From positions 1,568,001 to 1,632,000 of the forward strand of contig OZ240215.1 of the NCBI GenBank assembly GCA_965197585.1: a DNA stretch of 64,000 bases, written 5' to 3'. This DNA comes from Dehalococcoidia bacterium. GTDB lineage: Bacteria; Chloroflexota; Dehalococcoidia; Plut-88900. Both the position numbers and the translations under genes were made by a program. Positions 41,903-52,569 of the stretch are shown one piece after another (the stretch's first letter is position 1; every line of letters begins with the position of its first letter). The notes below the pieces were generated by a model. That model was not told where the DNA came from and ran no database searches. It saw nothing but the letters and a program-made list of their open reading frames with translations.

Positions 41903-42535
41903 ATGAAAGCTTTGTCAAAAAAACGTAAGCAAGTCCTTAACGCCATTACTGGCTTTATGGACCGGCACAAGTATCCTCCCAGCGTCCGGGACGTCGTCCA
42001 TATGTGCAGCATGAGCTCTACTTCAGTGGCCGACTACCACCTCAAAGCCCTCGAGAGGGAGGGCTACATCCGCAGGGAGTCGGGCGTATCCCGGGGAATA
42101 GAAGTCATCGGCTACGATGGTCGGGACGCCAACATCTTCAGGGCCCCACTCCTGGGCACCATCGCTGCCGGCGAGCCTCTCCCAGTCCCCACCTCAGAGC
42201 CCTGGGCTTCCTTGGAAACCCTCGAAATTCCCGAGGACATGGTCGGCGGCAGAGAGAATGTCTACGCCCTCAAAGTCAAGGGCACTTCAATGATCGACGC
42301 CCTAATCGACGACGGTGACATCGTCCTCCTCCAGCACGTCAACACCGCCGACGACGGCGATATGGTCGCCGCCTGGCTTGAGGCCGAGGAGGAAGTCACC
42401 CTCAAGCGCCTCTACCGAGAGCCGGATAGGATCAGGCTTCAGCCCGCCAACTCCCAAATGGCCCCCATCTACGTCCACCCCTCTAACCTCTCCGTCAAGG
42501 GCAGAGTCATAGGCGTCATACGCAAACTGGCCTAA
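41903..42535 (+). CDS. lexA: SOS repressor LexA
   Basis: YPPSVRD..SSTSVADYHL, IAAGEP cleavage site, GTSMID, VTLKR. Confidence 0.96.
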   Translation: MKALSKKRKQVLNAITGFMDRHKYPPSVRDVVHMCSMSSTSVADYHLKALEREGYIRRESGVSRGIEVIGYDGRDANIFRAPLLGTIAAGEPLPVPTSEPWASLETLEIPEDMVGGRENVYALKVKGTSMIDALIDDGDIVLLQHVNTADDGDMVAAWLEAEEEVTLKRLYREPDRIRLQPANSQMAPIYVHPSNLSVKGRVIGVIRKLA

Positions 42536-42950
42536 CTCCTCGTCCTAGGCTTAGCCCATCGCTTAACGAAGATGAAGAGATGGCTGGGGTAAGACGGTTA
42601 CTCTACTCAATCAGCGGGCCGAGCAGAGCGCACTCAACACCCATGTTATCGTGAGGTTCCACACTGAAAGTGGAACATCCGCCTCTGGCAGGAGATATCT
42701 AGGACTTACCCCCTCACATCCTTCTCTGCCACCCCTTTCCCTCAATGAGTCCTTTGAACAACCCACCAAGGATTACCGCGGACTGGCATGTTAGATCCTG
42801 ACAGGAATCCGTCCGCACTGATCCCCATTAAGCGCGAGCGTATTCTGCGTGGGGTGAAAAAGAAAAATGAGTCTGGCTCAACTCCTCCCCCCCATCGGAG
42901 GAAGAGGGCGAGCCAAAAATAATGAGACGTTTAGTCTGTGGGGTCTGGCT

Positions 42951-43094
42951 CTAGTCCGCCGAGGGAAGAGGCTTCGGCTGCTGGAGTGTCATCTCCACGC
43001 TGCAGCAGTTCACCACACCCTCTCCCGCCTTGGTGCACAGCACCTGGCTCCCGCAGTTCTCACAGACGAACCGTTTGCCCAACAAGTTTGGCAT
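42951..43094 (-). CDS. 47-aa desulforedoxin-like (CxxC...CC) metal-binding mini-protein, absent from the ORF track
   Basis: Manual translation MPNLLGKRFVCENCGSQVLCTKAGEGVVNCCSVEMTLQQPKPLPSAD; GGAGAGG upstream. Confidence 0.8.
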   Translation of the reverse strand: MPNLLGKRFVCENCGSQVLCTKAGEGVVNCCSVEMTLQQPKPLPSAD

Positions 43095-43154
43095 TCCGCT
43101 AAATCCTCTCCGACGTTTTAAGTTGACCAGTCCCTGAATGGACCGTGGTGGTCG

Positions 43155-43271
43155 CTACTTGAGGACCATCTCATTTTCGCAGCACATTATTGTGCCATTC
43201 CCGCCCCGGGTCACAATGAACTCCGACCCGCAGGTCTCGCACTTGTACCGCTTGCCAGTCTGATTTGCCAC
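43155..43271 (-). CDS. 38-aa desulforedoxin-like mini-protein
   Basis: GTG start after AAGAGG; MANQTGKRYKCETCGSEFIVTRGGNGTIMCCENEMVLK. Confidence 0.8.
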   Translation of the reverse strand: MANQTGKRYKCETCGSEFIVTRGGNGTIMCCENEMVLK

Positions 43272-43374
43272 GTAGTGCCTCTTGGAAAATCGGGCCCGAG
43301 TCCAAAACCCGCGCCCGACAAGATTTTGCGCAATTATAGCCACCCCCATTTAAGAGGGTCAAGGGAGCGTGGGG

Positions 43375-45395
43375 CTACAGCGCCCACACGTTGAAATTTA
43401 AAAACTGAGCGTCACCCCTGTCACCTTCGAAAAATCCAGCCATCGCACTAACCTCGCCAACATCTTGATTATGTCCCAAGTCCAACTTGAACACTAATTG
43501 GTCGTTTATGAAAACCCACCCCGAGCCCGCAACAGCTATCAATGCCAGCCGATTCCGATTCGAAGACAGACGGCACCCAGAACTGGAAAGGAAACCAGAA
43601 GACACCTCGGTGTATTCGGTGTCCCCAACGTCCCGAGTATTGTGGAACCACCATTCATCATCCGTCACACCAATAACTTCCAATCGATTGAACTCGGGGT
43701 TCCTTATTACGAATCCATAGTCCCAGTTTTGACCCCCCGGATTGATAAACTCCACTTCTACCACCAAATCCCTGGTCCACACTCTGCTTCCGTGTTCTCC
43801 GATAACACCCGGCCTATCCTCCATGACTCCGTCCACAGGTCCATACTGCCTCCTCAACCTATAGCCCTTGAAACCCTCGTATCGGGTCACGGCCCCGGTA
43901 ATTTCATTCCCCCCGTAATATCCAGTGAAGACCACGACGTCACCGGCATGTGGCACTGTTGCCAAGTCTACAAGCGTGACAAAATCTCCATTCACAAAGA
44001 ACCATCCCCGCTCTCCTAGAGTCACAACCATCAGGTGATTACGGCCTCCGACACTCGAATCGAAGTTCCCGATTTTTCCCGCATCCAGGAGGCTGGAAGA
44101 AGACCCAATGCCAGATTTTACCTCCCAGCTATGGTCGCTAGTTACGATAAACCCCAGAAACGAACCAATGCTATCCTGCCAGTTATAGCGCAAGAACATC
44201 CCGTAGTCCCATGAGTTAGTCGAAGCCGCATATGGGTTCACGAACCTGGTCTCAACAACCATGTCTGATGCCAAGACGTTGGCATGGATGATCTTTGAGT
44301 AATTCGCGGATGCATTGTGGCGGAGCTCTCCGTTCAAAGGCCCAAAGTCATATCCCTGACTCGCAAAAGGTGTTGGGGTAGGGCTTGTAGGAGTTGCAGT
44401 CGGCACCGCCGTCCCAGCCCTCAGGACCGGCACCCGCTCTGTCACCGTCCTCGCTGATATCGCAAACCCGATCCCCTCCGCACCATAGTCCGACACGTAT
44501 ACAAACGAGTTGATCCCCAGCACTCGGCCTTCAGGCGAAAGCATAGGGCCTCCACTGTTGCCCGGGTTTATCGACGCGTCCGTTTGGATCACATACGCCT
44601 GATGATCTGAGTCGTAGCGCAATGCCGATACTATCCCCTTTGTAACAGTAGCCTGCCCTTCGATGCCCAACGCATATCCAATGTTCACCACTTCGTCCCC
44701 TACTTCCAGCGCCGTCGCATCCCCGAACTCCAGAGCTGTGAAATCGCCGCAACAGTGCTTACAACCGCCAGATCCCGAGTTGCGTCTACCCCCAACACCG
44801 TCCCGTTATAAGTCGTCGAATCGTTTACCGTCACATTCACTCTTGACAGCGCCTCTACAACATGCTCATTAGTGACCACGTATCCCGTCCGGCCCTGCGT
44901 GTCGAATATGACCCCAGTACCGCTGATCGTGCTACTGGTTATCCTCACCACGGCCGGCCGCGCCCGTCTAACCATCACACTAATCGGCTCCGAGCTGGAC
45001 GTTGCAGTGGGCACAGGCGTAGGTATGGCCGTAGGCACAGGCGCTGGTGTGGCTGTAGGCACGGGTGTGGGTGTGGCCGTAGGTAGGGGCGTGGGCGTGG
45101 CTGTAGGCACAAGTGTGGGAGTGGCTGTAGGCACGTGTGTGGGAGTGGGCGTCGAGACCAGTGTGGGCGCAGGTATAGCCGTGGGGGGCATTGCCGCCAT
45201 GGTGGCCGCCAGCCGTGCCTCAACTGTGGCGTCGATGTCCGGGAGAGGGGTTGGCGTAGCTGTAGGCAGGGCTTCCGCGACCGCCGTCCTCACCTCCGCC
45301 CCCACGTCGGTAGTAGGCGTAGGGGCTTCACCCGACCCGCTGCACGCGCCCATCAATAGCGCAAGGGTGATTGCCACCACACCAAGGACTCTCAT
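43375..45395 (-). pseudogene. Trypsin-like (S1C) serine protease lipoprotein with PTATP repeats, frameshifted near 44757
   Basis: Lipobox MGAC, TNEHVV and DLAVV in one frame; CCGDFTALEFGD..INPGNSGGP in another; consistent with a single missing base. Confidence 0.85.
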
Positions 45396-45491
45396 TTGTT
45401 GCCCCAACTACTCCTACGTATAAGCCTGCTCCGGAGTTCGCGCAATATCCCGTACCCTCTAAATCATCCCGTCTCCCCCACACCCGACTCC

Positions 45492-45884
45492 CTACACGCT
45501 CCCCGCATCTTCTACGTACGCGGGCCCCGCATTGTCCGGCCTGAGATTTCTGGCGTCTTTCATATATACGTGCTTTATGTCTTTTGCCGTCTTCTCAGTG
45601 TTAATCAGAACCATTGCCCGGATCACCTTTTTGAGTCCCTTAGGCACGTTCATCTCGTGGCCGCAAAGAAGGGCCGTGTCCACCCAACCCAGCCGCCGGG
45701 CCGCGACCGCCGGATACTCCGCATTCAGGTCCTCCGTAGTAGTAAACGTCGCCGAGGCTATCTGATCAGCCTCGATGTCGTTCGCCTTGATCATCTGTTG
45801 GAGAAGCTCAGTCGTAGCCTTAAGGATCGATTCCTCACTGTTCTCTGTTGCCGTAATGGCCCCGCGTATTCCTCTGCACCACAA
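45492..45884 (-). CDS. aroH: Chorismate mutase, AroH class
   Basis: RGIRGA, DLNAEYPA, EMNVP, HVYM..LRPD. Confidence 0.93.
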   Translation of the reverse strand: MWCRGIRGAITATENSEESILKATTELLQQMIKANDIEADQIASATFTTTEDLNAEYPAVAARRLGWVDTALLCGHEMNVPKGLKKVIRAMVLINTEKTAKDIKHVYMKDARNLRPDNAGPAYVEDAGSV

Positions 45885-45900
45885 AATAAAAACTCTCCTG

Positions 45901-46701
45901 TTACAAAGCCTCAGCGCAGCCCCGAAGCCCGCGCACAAAATTCCTTACATTCTCTTCCCGGTCCCCAGGCACCGACTGCTCGATCAGGTTTATTAGAGCG
46001 CTTCCCACAGCCACTCCATCTGACATCGAAGCGGCCCTTTCCACGTGCTCTCTTGTCGAAATCCCAAACCCGACCAATAACGGCAAGTCCGTCTCGGCCC
46101 TCACCCTGCCCAGAAACTCCGGAAGATCGGCTCCCATCTCCCGCCTCGCCCCCGTGACACCCGTCAAGCCGACGCAGTACACGAACCCCGATGACACCGC
46201 CGCCACTCTTTTTATCCGCTCCTCCGTGCTGGTAGGGGCCAGAAGAAATATGAAGTCCATGCCGCGGGCCTTCGCCTCGCTCTGCAATGGCCCCGCCTCT
46301 TCGAGAGGCAAATCGACAACAATCAGCCCATCGAGACCCGCCTCCGACGCATCATCGGCAAACTGGTTCAGACCATAGCTCAGCAGCGGATTGTAGTATC
46401 CCATCAATATCAACGGAACGTCCGGGAATCGGCTTCGTGCGTTCCGGCAGCAATCGAGGCAGTCCGCAAGAGTGATGTTCTGATCAAGAGCAACCTGGCT
46501 GGACCTCTGTACGGTCGGCCCTTCCGCAAGGGGATCACTGAACGGAGCCCCAAGCTCGATAATGTCGGCCCCACCCTCCACCATTGCCCCTACCATAGCC
46601 TGGGTCAACTCCCTCTCAGGAAACCCGACTGTTAGAAACGTTGCAATAACGGGTCTATCAGCAGCTCGGGCCCGTTCAAATGTATCGGATAAACGGCTCA
46701 T
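45901..46701 (-). CDS. trpA: Tryptophan synthase alpha chain
   Basis: IELGAPFSDPLAEGPTVQ, MGYYNP, GVTGAR, VGFGIS. Confidence 0.96.
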   Translation of the reverse strand: MSRLSDTFERARAADRPVIATFLTVGFPERELTQAMVGAMVEGGADIIELGAPFSDPLAEGPTVQRSSQVALDQNITLADCLDCCRNARSRFPDVPLILMGYYNPLLSYGLNQFADDASEAGLDGLIVVDLPLEEAGPLQSEAKARGMDFIFLLAPTSTEERIKRVAAVSSGFVYCVGLTGVTGARREMGADLPEFLGRVRAETDLPLLVGFGISTREHVERAASMSDGVAVGSALINLIEQSVPGDREENVRNFVRGLRGCAEAL

Positions 46702-47119
46702 TTGCTTATCAACATCCGGTCTTTTTTCAAACCCAACCCCCTCGGCCTTGCTCCCCGCACCAATAAGGGTGGAATACTAGCACCCCCCTCCCCCCCTTTC
46801 AAGAAACGTAGACAGACCCTCATATTCTCGATATTTCAAGCTACTAGTCAGGGGAGCCCGTGAAAATTGCCATGCCGTATAAGCTGAGTTTCTTCATAGT
46901 CACTCGCTCCTCTCCACTCCTACACTCCCCGCCGTATCTACTGCTTATTATCCGACTTGCGAAATACGGCCCAACTACCTCCCCTCCTTCCCTTCCCACA
47001 CCCTTGACACAACTTTAGCCTATCGGTATCTTGGAACCGCTTCATTAGGAAGTAATACCCGTGGCCCTAAGCCTAGGACTCAACCTGTCCCTCGTTTGAG
47101 GGGGAAAAGAGGCCCGCCT

Positions 47120-47992
47120 TTGAAATGGATCGATTACCTTAGCCCTACGTCCCTTAGCAAGGCTGTCGAGATCCTCGCCCGTGACGGCGACCGCACCCGT
47201 GCCCTCGCCGGCGGCACTGACATCCTCGTTCAGCTTCGCGCCAGGCGTCGCCAACCCGATTTGCTGCTCGACGTCAAAACCATCCCGGAGCTCAATGAGC
47301 TCTCCTACGACTCCGCCTCAGGCTTGACCATTGGCGCAGCGGTCGAATGTTGCAAGATCTACGAAGACGCCGCTGTGATGGCGCATTACCCCGCCCTCGT
47401 GGACTGCACCTCAATCATCGGCGGCATCCAGATCCAGGGTCGAGCCTCCGTTGGCGGCAACCTCTGTAACGCCGCCCCCAGCGCCGACTCCATTCCCGCT
47501 TTGATAGCCTACGGCGCAACCGCTAATATCGCCGGACCCAACGGCACCCGTAGCGTCCCCGTCGAGGACGTCTGCACCGGCCCCGGTCTGAGCATACTCG
47601 CCGCCAACGAGATTCTTGTCTCGATTAGCGTCCCAGCCCCCGCTGCCAACTCCGGCGCCCGCTACATCCGCTTCATACCCCGTAACGAAATGGACATCGC
47701 CGTAGTCGGGGCAGGCGTATCGGTGGAGTTGGACGGAGACACCATCAAGTCCGCCCGCGTGTCCCTCGCCTCCGTCGCACCAACTCCCCTCTTCGTCAGG
47801 GAAGCCGGCGACGCCCTCGCCGGGCAGCCTATAAGCGACGAGTCCATTCGTAAGGCTTCCGCGCTCGCCCAGGCCGCTGCCAGACCCATTACCGACATGC
47901 GCGGCACCATCGAATTCAGGACACACCTCTGTGAAGTTTTGACCCGACGAGCTTTAAACACCGCCATCGAGCGGGCCAAGGAGGCGTCTTAG
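47120..47992 (+). CDS. Xanthine dehydrogenase family FAD-binding subunit (CoxM-like)
   Basis: LAGGTD, GGNLCNAAPSAD, PITDMRGT. Confidence 0.93.
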   Translation: MKWIDYLSPTSLSKAVEILARDGDRTRALAGGTDILVQLRARRRQPDLLLDVKTIPELNELSYDSASGLTIGAAVECCKIYEDAAVMAHYPALVDCTSIIGGIQIQGRASVGGNLCNAAPSADSIPALIAYGATANIAGPNGTRSVPVEDVCTGPGLSILAANEILVSISVPAPAANSGARYIRFIPRNEMDIAVVGAGVSVELDGDTIKSARVSLASVAPTPLFVREAGDALAGQPISDESIRKASALAQAAARPITDMRGTIEFRTHLCEVLTRRALNTAIERAKEAS

Positions 47993-48478
47993 ATGCCCAG
48001 GAAAACCTACGTACAGACGACCATTAACGGCGAAAACGTCGAGTTCCTCTGCGAACCCCGACAAAGCCTCCTCGAGTGCCTGCGCGATGTAATCGGGCTC
48101 ACCGGCTCTAAAGAGGGCTGTAATGACGGCAACTGCGGCGCCTGCACCGTGAACATGGATGGCCGCATCGTCACCTCCTGCCTCGTCCTCGGCGTCGAGG
48201 CCGAAGGCAAGAACATCGAAACCATTGAGGGCGTAGCCGACGGCAACAACCTCCACCCCATACAGCAGGCCTTCCTCGAAAATGCAGCCCTCCAGTGCGG
48301 CATCTGCACCCCCGGCTTCATCGTGGCGGCCAAGGCGCTCCTTGAAAGGGAACCCGACCCCTCAGAGGACCGCATCCGCTTCTGGCTCGCCAACAATCTT
48401 TGCCGCTGCACGGGCTACGACAAGATCGTTAGAGCCGTACTCGACTCCGCGAAGAAGATGCAGGAGGCTAAGAGTTGA
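47993..48478 (+). CDS. 2Fe-2S subunit (CoxS-like)
   Basis: GCNDGNCGAC, QCGICTPG, NLCRCTGY. Confidence 0.95.
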   Translation: MPRKTYVQTTINGENVEFLCEPRQSLLECLRDVIGLTGSKEGCNDGNCGACTVNMDGRIVTSCLVLGVEAEGKNIETIEGVADGNNLHPIQQAFLENAALQCGICTPGFIVAAKALLEREPDPSEDRIRFWLANNLCRCTGYDKIVRAVLDSAKKMQEAKS

Positions 48479-50754
48479 CAACAAGGCAGGGCACCGACTC
48501 CAACGTAGTCCTAGTTAATCAGGAGTTCGATGTAGTCGGCACCCGGCCCATCCGTCATGACGGCGCGGATAAGGTAACGGGCCGCGCCCGTTACGGCGCC
48601 GACTTCCAGGCCGCCGACCTCCTTCGCGCCAGGGTACTGCGCAGCCCCCACGCCCACGCCCGCATTAAGTCCATAGACACCTCCAAGGCCGAGGCCCTGG
48701 AAGGCGTCCGCGCCGTTGTCACCTCTAAAGACTTCCCCACCAACGGCGCCGACAAGCCTGCCAGACACTACCAGCGGGAGAACGTCCTCGCCGGAGAGAA
48801 GGCCCTCTACGTCGGCCATGCCATAGTAGGCGTAGCCGCCGTGAGCGAACATGTCGCCGAAGAGGCCCTTTCCCTCATCGATATCGAATACGAGGTCCTT
48901 CCGCCCGTCACCAGTGCCCCCCAGGGCATGGCCTCCGACGCGCCTATTCTCCACGAGGAAATGCGCACCGACGAGTCCGGTGAAAAAGGCGCTGAGCCCA
49001 GCAATGTCGCCACCCACTTCCAACAGGTCATCGGCGATATCGAAGAGGGTTTTGCAAAGGCCGATTTCATCATCGAAAGAGATTTCGACACCGCAACCGT
49101 CCACCAAGGCTACATCGAGCCCCAGAACGGCACCGCCCTCTGGAACAATGATGGCCGTCTCCACGTCTGGACCAGTACTCAGGGCGCCTTTCCCGTAAGG
49201 ACCTCCATGTCTCAGATCTTGGACATACCCGTTTCCAAGATACGCGTAACACCTATGGAGATCGGTGGAGGGTTCGGCGGCAAGATACCCGTCTACTTGG
49301 AACCCGTGGCCGCGCTCCTCTCCAGGAAGACCGGCCGACCCGTCAAGATGCAGATGTCCCGCAGAGAGGTTTTCGAGGGCACAGGCCCGACCCCCGGCTC
49401 CCACGTAAAGGTAAAGATGGGCGCCACCAGGGACGGCAAACTTACCGCCGCCCAGGCCCACCTCGCCTACGAGGCCGGAGCCTTCCCCGGCTCCCCCGTT
49501 GGTGCCGGTGCTACTTGCGTTTTCGCCTGCTACAACATCCCCAATATCGTCATTGACGGCTACGATGTTGTCGTAAACAAGCCCAAGACGGCGGCCTACA
49601 GGGCCCCCGGCGCGACCAACGCGGCCTTCGCTTCCGAGACAGTGGTAGATATGCTCGCCGAGAAGGTTGGCATGGACCCCTTGGACTTCCGTATGCTCAA
49701 CACCTCGAAGGAAGGCACCCGTCGCGCAGACGGCACGTCCTACGGCGTGGTCGGCTGCGCCGAGGTTATCGAGGCCATGAAGTCGCATCCCCACTACGCT
49801 TCCAAGCTGGAAGGACCCAACCGGGGACGAGGTGTCGCAGTCGGGTTCTGGATGAATATCGGCTGGAGGTCGGCCTGCTCCATCAGCGTCAACTATGATG
49901 GCACCATCAATCTGCTCATCGGCTCCACCGACATCGGCGGAACCCGAGCCTCCATCGCCATGCAGGCCGCAGAGGTCCTGGGCATCTCTCCCGAGGACGT
50001 TAACCCCGCCGTCGTCGACACAGACTCTATAGGCTACACCGACGTCACTGGCGGCAGCCGTACCACCTTCGCCACCGGCTGGGCCGCCCACGAGGCCGCG
50101 GTGGACGTCCGCAACGAAATGGTAAAACGGGCCGCCATCCTCTGGGAAATAGAGCCGGAGAACATTGAGTTCAACAAGAGCGTATTCAGGTCCAAGTCGG
50201 ACCCTGAACTCTCCATCTCCTTCAAGGAGTTGGCTCGCAAGATGAACGATACCGGAGGTGGCGTCGTAGGCAAGTCCACCGTCGACCCCAAGGGCGTAGG
50301 CGTCTCCTTTGCCGGTGCAATCGCCGACGTGGAGATAGACCCCGAGACTGGCAAGGTCACCGTCCTCCGCTTCACCTGCGTCCAGGACGTAGGCAAAGCC
50401 GTTCACCCGTCCTATGTGGAAGGCCAAATGCAGGGCGGCAGCGTCCAGGGCATCGGCTGGGGCCTCAACGAGGAGTATTACATGAACCCCGAGGGTGGCA
50501 TGGACAATTTCACCCTCCTAGACTACCGGATGCCCACTTCCCTCGACATCCCCATGATCGACACCGTCATCGTCGAAGTCGCCAACCCCGGCCATCCCTA
50601 CGGAGTCCGGGGCGTGGGAGAGGCAAGCATAATCGCTCCCCCCGCGGCCATCGCCGACGCCATACACAACGCCATGGGCATTAGGCTGGAAAACTTGCCA
50701 ATGAATCCCCCGGCAGTCCTGGCCGCTCTGAGTAACGGTAACTCCGAGAGTTGA
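48475..50754 (+). CDS. Xanthine dehydrogenase family molybdopterin-binding subunit
   Basis: KVTGRARY, GGGFGGK, AYRAPG, GGSRT, VRGVGE. Confidence 0.94.
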   Translation: MTTRQGTDSNVVLVNQEFDVVGTRPIRHDGADKVTGRARYGADFQAADLLRARVLRSPHAHARIKSIDTSKAEALEGVRAVVTSKDFPTNGADKPARHYQRENVLAGEKALYVGHAIVGVAAVSEHVAEEALSLIDIEYEVLPPVTSAPQGMASDAPILHEEMRTDESGEKGAEPSNVATHFQQVIGDIEEGFAKADFIIERDFDTATVHQGYIEPQNGTALWNNDGRLHVWTSTQGAFPVRTSMSQILDIPVSKIRVTPMEIGGGFGGKIPVYLEPVAALLSRKTGRPVKMQMSRREVFEGTGPTPGSHVKVKMGATRDGKLTAAQAHLAYEAGAFPGSPVGAGATCVFACYNIPNIVIDGYDVVVNKPKTAAYRAPGATNAAFASETVVDMLAEKVGMDPLDFRMLNTSKEGTRRADGTSYGVVGCAEVIEAMKSHPHYASKLEGPNRGRGVAVGFWMNIGWRSACSISVNYDGTINLLIGSTDIGGTRASIAMQAAEVLGISPEDVNPAVVDTDSIGYTDVTGGSRTTFATGWAAHEAAVDVRNEMVKRAAILWEIEPENIEFNKSVFRSKSDPELSISFKELARKMNDTGGGVVGKSTVDPKGVGVSFAGAIADVEIDPETGKVTVLRFTCVQDVGKAVHPSYVEGQMQGGSVQGIGWGLNEEYYMNPEGGMDNFTLLDYRMPTSLDIPMIDTVIVEVANPGHPYGVRGVGEASIIAPPAAIADAIHNAMGIRLENLPMNPPAVLAALSNGNSES

Positions 50755-50758
50755 GCTC

Positions 50759-51022
50759 ATGGCCACCGTATTTATCCCGTCCCTGATGCGGACCCTATCC
50801 GGCGGTAAGGACCGCGCCGAGATTGAGGGTTCAACCGTGCGCCAGATCATCAAGAACCTTGACGAGGTCTTTCCCGGAATGCAGAACCGGCTCACCGAGA
50901 ACGGACGCCTCAAGGCCGCTTTTGCCGTCGCCGTAGACGGCGAAGTCTCCCAGCTTGGCATCCTCGAAAAAGTCCGCGAGGACAGCGAGGTCCACTTCCT
51001 CAACGCCATAGCCGGCGGCTAG
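50759..51022 (+). CDS. MoaD/ThiS family sulfur carrier
   Basis: Beta-grasp size, C-terminal AIAGG. Confidence 0.9.
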   Translation: MATVFIPSLMRTLSGGKDRAEIEGSTVRQIIKNLDEVFPGMQNRLTENGRLKAAFAVAVDGEVSQLGILEKVREDSEVHFLNAIAGG

Positions 51023-51040
51023 ACGGGGCACCGCACCAAC

Positions 51041-51525
51041 ATGGAGCAGCCCAACCCCATAACCGAACTCACCTACGAAGACGCCCAGATCGGCTTCGAG
51101 TTCGTCCCCTACACCTTCGAGGTCACCCGAGACCTCGTTGACCACTTGGCTGACCTCCTCGAAGAAGATCTCCCCGTCTTCCGCAATTCCGACGCTGCCA
51201 AAGATGCCGGCTATTCACAAATCGTAGCCATGCCCGTGCTTATGAACTGCTATGCCCACTTCATAGCTATCATGGATGGCGCGGGTTATCGACGCCCGGG
51301 CGAGTCCTTCCACTCCCGTTCCGGCTTCACCTTCATCGCACCCGTCTACCCCGGCGACACCATCACCAGCAAGATGAAGATCGTCGACAAGTGGGTTAAG
51401 CGAGACCATCAGTATCTCGCATTCCGCATCGAGAGCCGTAACCAGAACGGTCCGTCGCCGAGAAATACCACGCCAGCGTCTGGCCCAGCGAGAACAATCC
51501 GCCCGCCCTTAGGAGAGCGTCATGG
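51041..51525 (+). pseudogene. MaoC/hotdog dehydratase, frameshifted near 51450
   Basis: FIAPVYPGDTI..ESRNQNG, then the expected VAEKYHASVWP continues in another frame. Confidence 0.7.
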
Positions 51526-52240
51526 CCCAAGCCGGAGATCCGAAAAGGCGACACCGTCCCGACCCTCACCCGCACCGAGGAGATGGTCATCGCCTACGAA
51601 AACCCTTCGAGAGAATAGCCGCCCGCAGGAGAGCGTCATGGCCCAAGCCGGAGCGACTCACCGAGGCCCTCTTCTCCGTCCTCCTCACCCGCTGGCTCCC
51701 CAAACCCAAGGGTTGGAAAGGCGGCACCCTCACCACCAAGTTCACCGTCTGGTACCGACACCCTCACCTACAACGCAGAAGTCTCACCCGCCACCGTCCA
51801 CCTCAACATCTGGGCCGAAGACGGCAAAAAAGTCATCGTCGGCGAAGGTCCTGTAGCCTATCGCCTACGAAAACCTCTTCGAGAGAATAGCCGCCCGCAG
51901 CGATTGGAAGGCCAGCTTCCACGCCGACCGGGAAGCCGCCTCCCAGACCATGTACCAGGAGCCCATTGCCCAGGGCGTCCTCACTGAGGTCCGCTCTTCT
52001 CCGTCCTCCTCACCCGCTGCCTCCCCAACCCTAAGGGTTGGATCGAAGGCGGCACCCTCACCACCAAGTTCATCGCCCCAGTCTGGTACGGAGACACCCT
52101 AACCTACAACGCAGAAGTCTCCAAAGTCGAAGACACCACCCCCCGCCCCACCGTCCACCTAAACATCTGGGCCGAAGACCAGAACGGCAAAAAAGTCATC
52201 GTCGGCGAAGCCATCCGCCCGATATCAGACTCATTGAACC
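51522..52240 (+). pseudogene. Second MaoC-like gene present as two broken tandem copies
   Basis: 51586-51848 repeats 51860-52210 with many small deletions; reconstructs to FHADREAA..PIAQG..KFIAPVWYGDTL..EDQNGKKVIVG. Confidence 0.7.
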
Positions 52241-52569
52241 CACGTCCCATTCATCCCGCCCTCCCCCGTAGGGGTAGGTCTCGTGCGCTACACCTCCCGG
52301 ACAACTTCTTGGCCACAAAATGTGGATGTTAAGTACTGGGAAGGAGGTACTCGCTCTCGGCAGACTCAACGCTAACTACCCTGTCATTCCGAGGCCCCGC
52401 GAGGAATCTAACGCGCTTCATTAACAATCTGTCTCAGGAAACCCCCTCACCGAATGGCCCCGAATCCTCTCTTCCTCAACCAGTGTCCAGAGAACAACTG
52501 AAACTGATCAGTACCACTCGTTCGGGGACTTAGGTAACACATTCCATAGGATCACGTTGCAATGCTCCT

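Noticed and set aside
46702-47119. Moco riboswitch before the molybdoenzyme operon
   Set aside because: No recognisable Moco motif elements
48511-50427. 638-aa minus-strand ORF and similar long antisense ORFs (e.g. 13825-14988, 34677-35690)
   Set aside because: Antisense shadows of real GC-rich genes with no recognisable motifs
48475-50754. Aerobic CO dehydrogenase CoxL
   Set aside because: Lacks the AYxCSFR (form I) and AYxGAGR (form II) motifs
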